In this document: piece by piece, positions 59,213 through 64,000 of the stretch
Numbering within the stretch: position 1 is the stretch's first letter
Layout of the letters: each line of letters opens with the position of its first letter
Assembly (NCBI GenBank): GCA_964187785.1
Contig: OZ076409.1
Span: 84,322,001 to 84,386,000, forward strand
Direction: 5' to 3'
DNA: 64,000 nucleotides
Source: Amphiscolops sp. MND2022
Lineage: Eukaryota
Position numbers and translations under genes: made by a program
Notes under the pieces: generated by a model
What the model was told of the DNA's origin: nothing
Database searches by the model: none
What the model saw: the letters and a program-made list of their open reading frames with translations, nothing else

Positions 59213-60954
59213 TCCTTGTTATGCTGTACAATGTCAAATGTATGGTTTTTTAACGTTGATTTCGAAAACTTTGTTCCTTTGAAGTTTTGGTGTTGTTTTT
59301 GATTGGAGCCCAACTAACTTCCAATGTCGATTCTTTTGATTTTTTTATCGATTATATTTATGTGGATGGGGCTTTTTAATGCACCTGCCCGTTGGTAGCC
59401 CTGCTAGTGTCGACTGTTTTTCAGTTGGCCCGCTGAGACTATAAAAACGGGTTTTTCTTTGGTCCTGATTGGTTTTCTGAAGGACCTAGGCAGTTATCGA
59501 CTTTATCGTATTGTATTGCATTGTAATTTTGCAATGAAATTTTGTTATGAAAAAACATTTTCTCTTTCGACGGGAAACGATGGAGTGAGAAAGGCCAGGA
59601 AAAAGATCGGCACAGCAAGGACTAACAAGACGGGAACGTATAAAGTTGGCGCCAATCTAAGGCTCAAAAAGCTCAAACTTTTTCAAATTGGAAAAAAGGG
59701 ACCCTTTGGGTTTTTTCAAAATCCAATTTGTTGCGGGGTGTAACGTCTCAAAACAGCTGTATTATGGTGTGGAGATCCACAGTACAGAGTAAATGCATAG
59801 CTCAGCAGAGTGGCCGAGAAAGTGGTTTTTACTAGCACTTTCTTTCAGTACCATCAGATGAATTTGGTGATTCCTAACGCAAAATTAGCTTTCCTCAACC
59901 TTTGCAAACAACTAATATATAGTTATGATCGACAGTGTTGAAACATGATTTTATAAGAGTGTTTAGAAAACTTTTTCGCAACGTGTACACCAAAACCTTA
60001 CATCACAAACAACCTTTAAAACCACTTTTTCCACACCCTGGAGCGGTTTCTAATCATATTGAAATTCTACCTCACAAAAAATCAGACTTTCCCGTTTACC
60101 CATTGTGAAAAATTGTGTGCGGTAACGTTATGACTTCGAAGCAAGCAGGCAGTTTGGCCTGAGTGACTAGTCCTGTAGCTAGATACCACACCCATCAGGG
60201 TTATATCGAGAGATCAAACCACAGGGATCTCGCTACTTTTTTCGATGGAACTGACAACCGATGCCATATTCGTTATCTTATGTACTCTTCCAGTGATTGC
60301 CTGGGGCATGATTCAAATCTTCACCGACTACGTGCTTTCTCACCCATTGATCTCGAAGCAGCTACTTTACTGAAGCATAGCTCCCGAGACAACTGATCAG
60401 AACTCGAATGACGTCGAAAAGTTTGACATTCAGGACTGCTTCTGGGTGGAGTTGAAGTTTTCCCGATGCATGACTGTACCTTCATTTGATAAAATCAGAT
60501 TTCGTCTACTACTGACTCGTATGTTCATCATCATCAATCTGAGTTGCCAAAACATCAAACAATTACACGTTTCAAAACTCAATTAGTCACTGTGAACTTT
60601 GAAATTTAAGAAAAGTGTCTTCAATTTGAAATTCAGCTGAAAAGTAAAATCATTTAGAATTTCGAAAATTCGTTTTGAACAGAGTGAATAAAATCCAAAA
60701 GAAATGAGTTTGATTTGAAACGTTTCTGAAGGCTCTCTTTCCTACATTTGCGCGCTCTTGAGTTCTTCGGGTGTGTATATTGCATCCATACTCATCGATG
60801 TAACTTTATCTGGCATTCACAATGTCTTCACGCATGAGCCACTAAGCAAATTCGTACCTTGCTTAACTAGTCGACGATGAATTTCGCTCTGCAGGACAGT
60901 CCGTTGCAATTTTTACGGTAATCAATTGCCCTCACAAAGCTCTGGACAAAGCTT

Positions 60955-63900
60955 GCTGAGGGAAAATAGGTTTTTCCGGTAGACGTGCTTGAAGTAGTGA
61001 ATTCAATTGTTTCAGAGTAGATGTGGATTGTCCTTTAAGAACTCAACAGCTTCGCTAACCATTTCATTGTCAATTTGTGTTGCAATTGCCCCTTTTTGGT
61101 CGGTTTGAACTCACCTCCTGTTTTTACAGTGTTGTACGCGGTTCCTGCATTGATTCCCAAAATTTTTGCCACAGCCAAAATGTCATTTCCAGTTTTATGG
61201 GCGTCTAAGATTCACCTCCGGTCTGTTTCCGAAACTGAAAACGGAAAAGACATTCCAATCAAAACTTGCAAAAATTCTTTTCTGTTCAAAATGATTTCAC
61301 TTTCGACATGAATTATACTTCCGTTTCGAGATCGTTCAAATTGAAAGTTTTGAATTCAAAATGTTCTTATGAAAAAGGCAGTTTCAAAATGATTTACCTT
61401 TTGCTGAATTTGTGTTTTCAGAACCCGAAATTGAACTTTGAAGGGTGTAAATGCTTCATGTTTTGAAGTTTATGTTTCACAATTGTATATGAAGTTCACC
61501 GATACGAAATGCATGAGGGAGTATGAAGGATTCATAATTGGCTCTAGATTATCCAGGATTCATAATTGGCTCTAGGATACCGACGATTAATGATTGGCTC
61601 AACTGAACAAAGTTTCATAACTGGCTCCCAATATTAAAGATTCATGATTGGCTCCAAGCGTGTCTCAAGGATTCACGATTAGCTTTATACCCCGTTACTT
61701 ACTACTAGGTAAGGAAGTCCTACTATTGTTCTTTTAGGTTCAAAAAAATGCTTTTTCCTAACTCAAATGATCTAAAAAATTAGAAATGGTGGTTTTTCCT
61801 AAGCTTCGTAAATTCAAAAAAGATTGAACAATGCCGAATTTACCTAAATTTGATCTTTTAGGCTCAAGAAGTGCGGTTTTTTGAAAAAAAAATTTCCGAA
61901 AACAAATCTACCTAACCTCTATTGGAAAGAAAACAATCACAACTTTTGAAAAGTTTCCGATCAATCCAAAACAACCAGAGAGGTGATCTTCAGTTCTCGA
62001 AAACGATTTTCCTGACCAGAAAGTCTAAAAAACCAAAAAACATTCCAGTAGATTTTTCTGAGGAAAAATTTTTTCAAACAATCACGATTAAGTAAGTGAA
62101 ACAAATCGAAAAATTACTTTGGTTAGTCGCAACCCGCGGTCGCCCTTTTGTTTCGGTTGTTTTGTTTCTGCCAGAAGTCAAAAGGGGGATTTCTGTTTTT
62201 TGAAAAGTCAGACAAAATGTCGCATAGTGTCGAAAAAAGATTGGATCATTTGGTCTTTCGATCTTTTTTCGGTCTAGCGATGAACAAGAACCCGCGTACA
62301 CGCAGAATACTCAGTTTTTACCCAGAGAAGGTCATGTTAACCTCCGAACAAAGGAGAATGCACTCCAGCACATGACAGACATCCTGGAAAAAAGTTTTGA
62401 AAGTTACCCGGCTTAAACTAAGATTTTACTTTCCTAAGTCAACTCAAAATAACAAGTAGAAAGTTCAAAACGCCTTTCTAGAAAAAGCCTTCTGGTCAGA
62501 GTTTTTCTCTGAGGAATCTTCGACCTTTAAGACAATTATTTGGAAAAACCTTCGCACACTTTCTTGGATGAAAAATGGTTATAAGACAAAAGCTTTTTTT
62601 CTAGTTTTATGAAATAACCAGTTGCTCAATTTGGAAATACATCAAAAGTGCCAAAAATATTAGTTTAATTGGTTTTTACTAAATTTCGTTGGTAAGTCTT
62701 TCCTAATTGGGTATTATCACCCAAGCATCATGTTCATTCAAGGCCTTCAACTGCGTTCAACTCCAACATTTGCGAGGTGCATTGCATTGAGGTGTTTTTG
62801 ACAGGGGCGCCTATGACTGTCTGAAATGGAAACTTTTCACTGAGGTACTTTTGTAGGTGTGCGTTCATTTCACCCCAAAATCATTTCACCCCATATCACT
62901 TCACCCCATATCATTTCACCCCACATTCATTTCACCCCACGTTCATTTCACCCCACATTCATTTCACCCCACAATCATTTCACCCCACGTTCATTTCACC
63001 CCATTTTCATTTCACACCATATTGTAATTATACAAAAGCGTCTCGCCTTAGTTAACCAATTAGCAATTAAACTTTGATGCCTACTGTCTTTGAGTCAGCT
63101 TTGATTTGGCAGATTTGGCAAATTTTGATTAACAGAAGAAAAATGATTTTTTTCAGCGCTTTGTTCAGAAGTATTACAGCTCCGATAAATAAAACTATTC
63201 GGTTCCGATTTTGTGGTTCACATAGCAAGCATCGTTTGCTTATCTAATTAGTAGTTAGATTCAAGACGCTTTTCTATTAGCGCTGAGATTGAAATTGGGT
63301 GGCTTTAGTAATTAATCTGAGACGCATTTGATAATTTAAATGTGAGGTGAAATGAACATGGGGTGAAATGAACGTGGGGTGAAATGAACCTGGGGTGAAA
63401 TGAATGTGGGGTGAAATGACATGGGGTGAAATGATATGGGATGAAATGAACATGGGGTGAAATGATACTAAACCACTTTTGTATAGGGTGCTTTTGTCTA
63501 CACATGATTAAAAGGAAAATTTTCTAATTAAAAACATCAAAAAAACTGAGAACAAAAGTTTGGAAAAACTCAAAGCTTGGTCCCTTCTGTGTCAATGAAA
63601 ATTTGTCAAAAAGTGACAAAAATAAACCTACAAATTCCTTTTTACTTGAAATAAAAATCTCAAAGTATCAAAACGAGTACCCTTTGAATCATTTTGGCAT
63701 TTTTAAAAATGTTTGTAGAACTTTTTTGGTCATTTTGACCGGATTAAAATAACCGAAGCTAAGCCACTTTGATAGTCGCGCGCCTTTTTTTTCATTAAGC
63801 GCCGATTAAAAAATGAAATTAAAGTTGGACTGAGCCTCGATTCACAAAAAGTTCAAGAGTTTAAGTGTGCCAATATTGAGATCAAACACTTTGTGCTTGG

Positions 63901-63990
63901 CATTTTTCATCCGCTACACTATGCTCAGCATACGATTTTTTTCCGATCAAAAAGCCAGAAAATAAAATCGCATTCATAATTGACTCCTTG
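60955..63990 (+). repeat. Local direct duplication of 53865-55334 plus 56962-57490, interrupted by its own ~1.07-kb insertion (62650-63723)
   Basis: Collinear similarity from tgctgagg(g)aaaa..tttttccggtagacgtgcttgaag through aaataaaatcgcattcat. Confidence 0.88.
62856..63474. mobile_element. Mutator/foldback-like non-autonomous element, 619 bp, 9-bp TSD ACTTTTGTA
   Basis: Arms built of atttcacccc repeats (62862-63020) and ggggtgaaat repeats (63345-63465); perfect 9-bp TSD at 62847-62855 and 63475-63483. Confidence 0.85.
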
Positions 63991-64000
63991 TGATGTATCC

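Overview
AT-rich, repeat-dense eukaryotic DNA, probably from an invertebrate animal; the species cannot be determined from the sequence. Two host genes can be built from phase-consistent GT-AG junctions: a 7-exon, ~2,600-aa Q/G/E/S-rich disordered protein on the minus strand (6828-21354) and a 5-exon, 359-aa ankyrin-repeat protein on the plus strand (43291-51371). The centrepiece is a young, full-length 15.6-kb Ty3/Gypsy LTR retrotransposon (24952-40592, minus strand) with ~2.05-kb LTRs, an AAAAG TSD, PBS, PPT, and gag/-1 frameshift/pol. It has three unusual features. (i) It carries an antisense 5-exon gene (~1,174 aa once one frameshift is repaired) with a BED-like zinc finger and what looks like a catalytically dead hAT-transposase body. 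(ii) The first 114 Gag codons lie inside the LTR and read through the PBS. (iii) A 216-aa sense ORF crosses the PPT into U3. The rest of the window holds a 1.6-kb solo LTR whose empty site is also present, MITEs with 2-bp and 9-bp TSDs, a foldback element, a local duplication, ~186-bp tandem arrays and a spacerless palindrome. Gene models and family assignments come from reading the sequence by eye; no searches were run.
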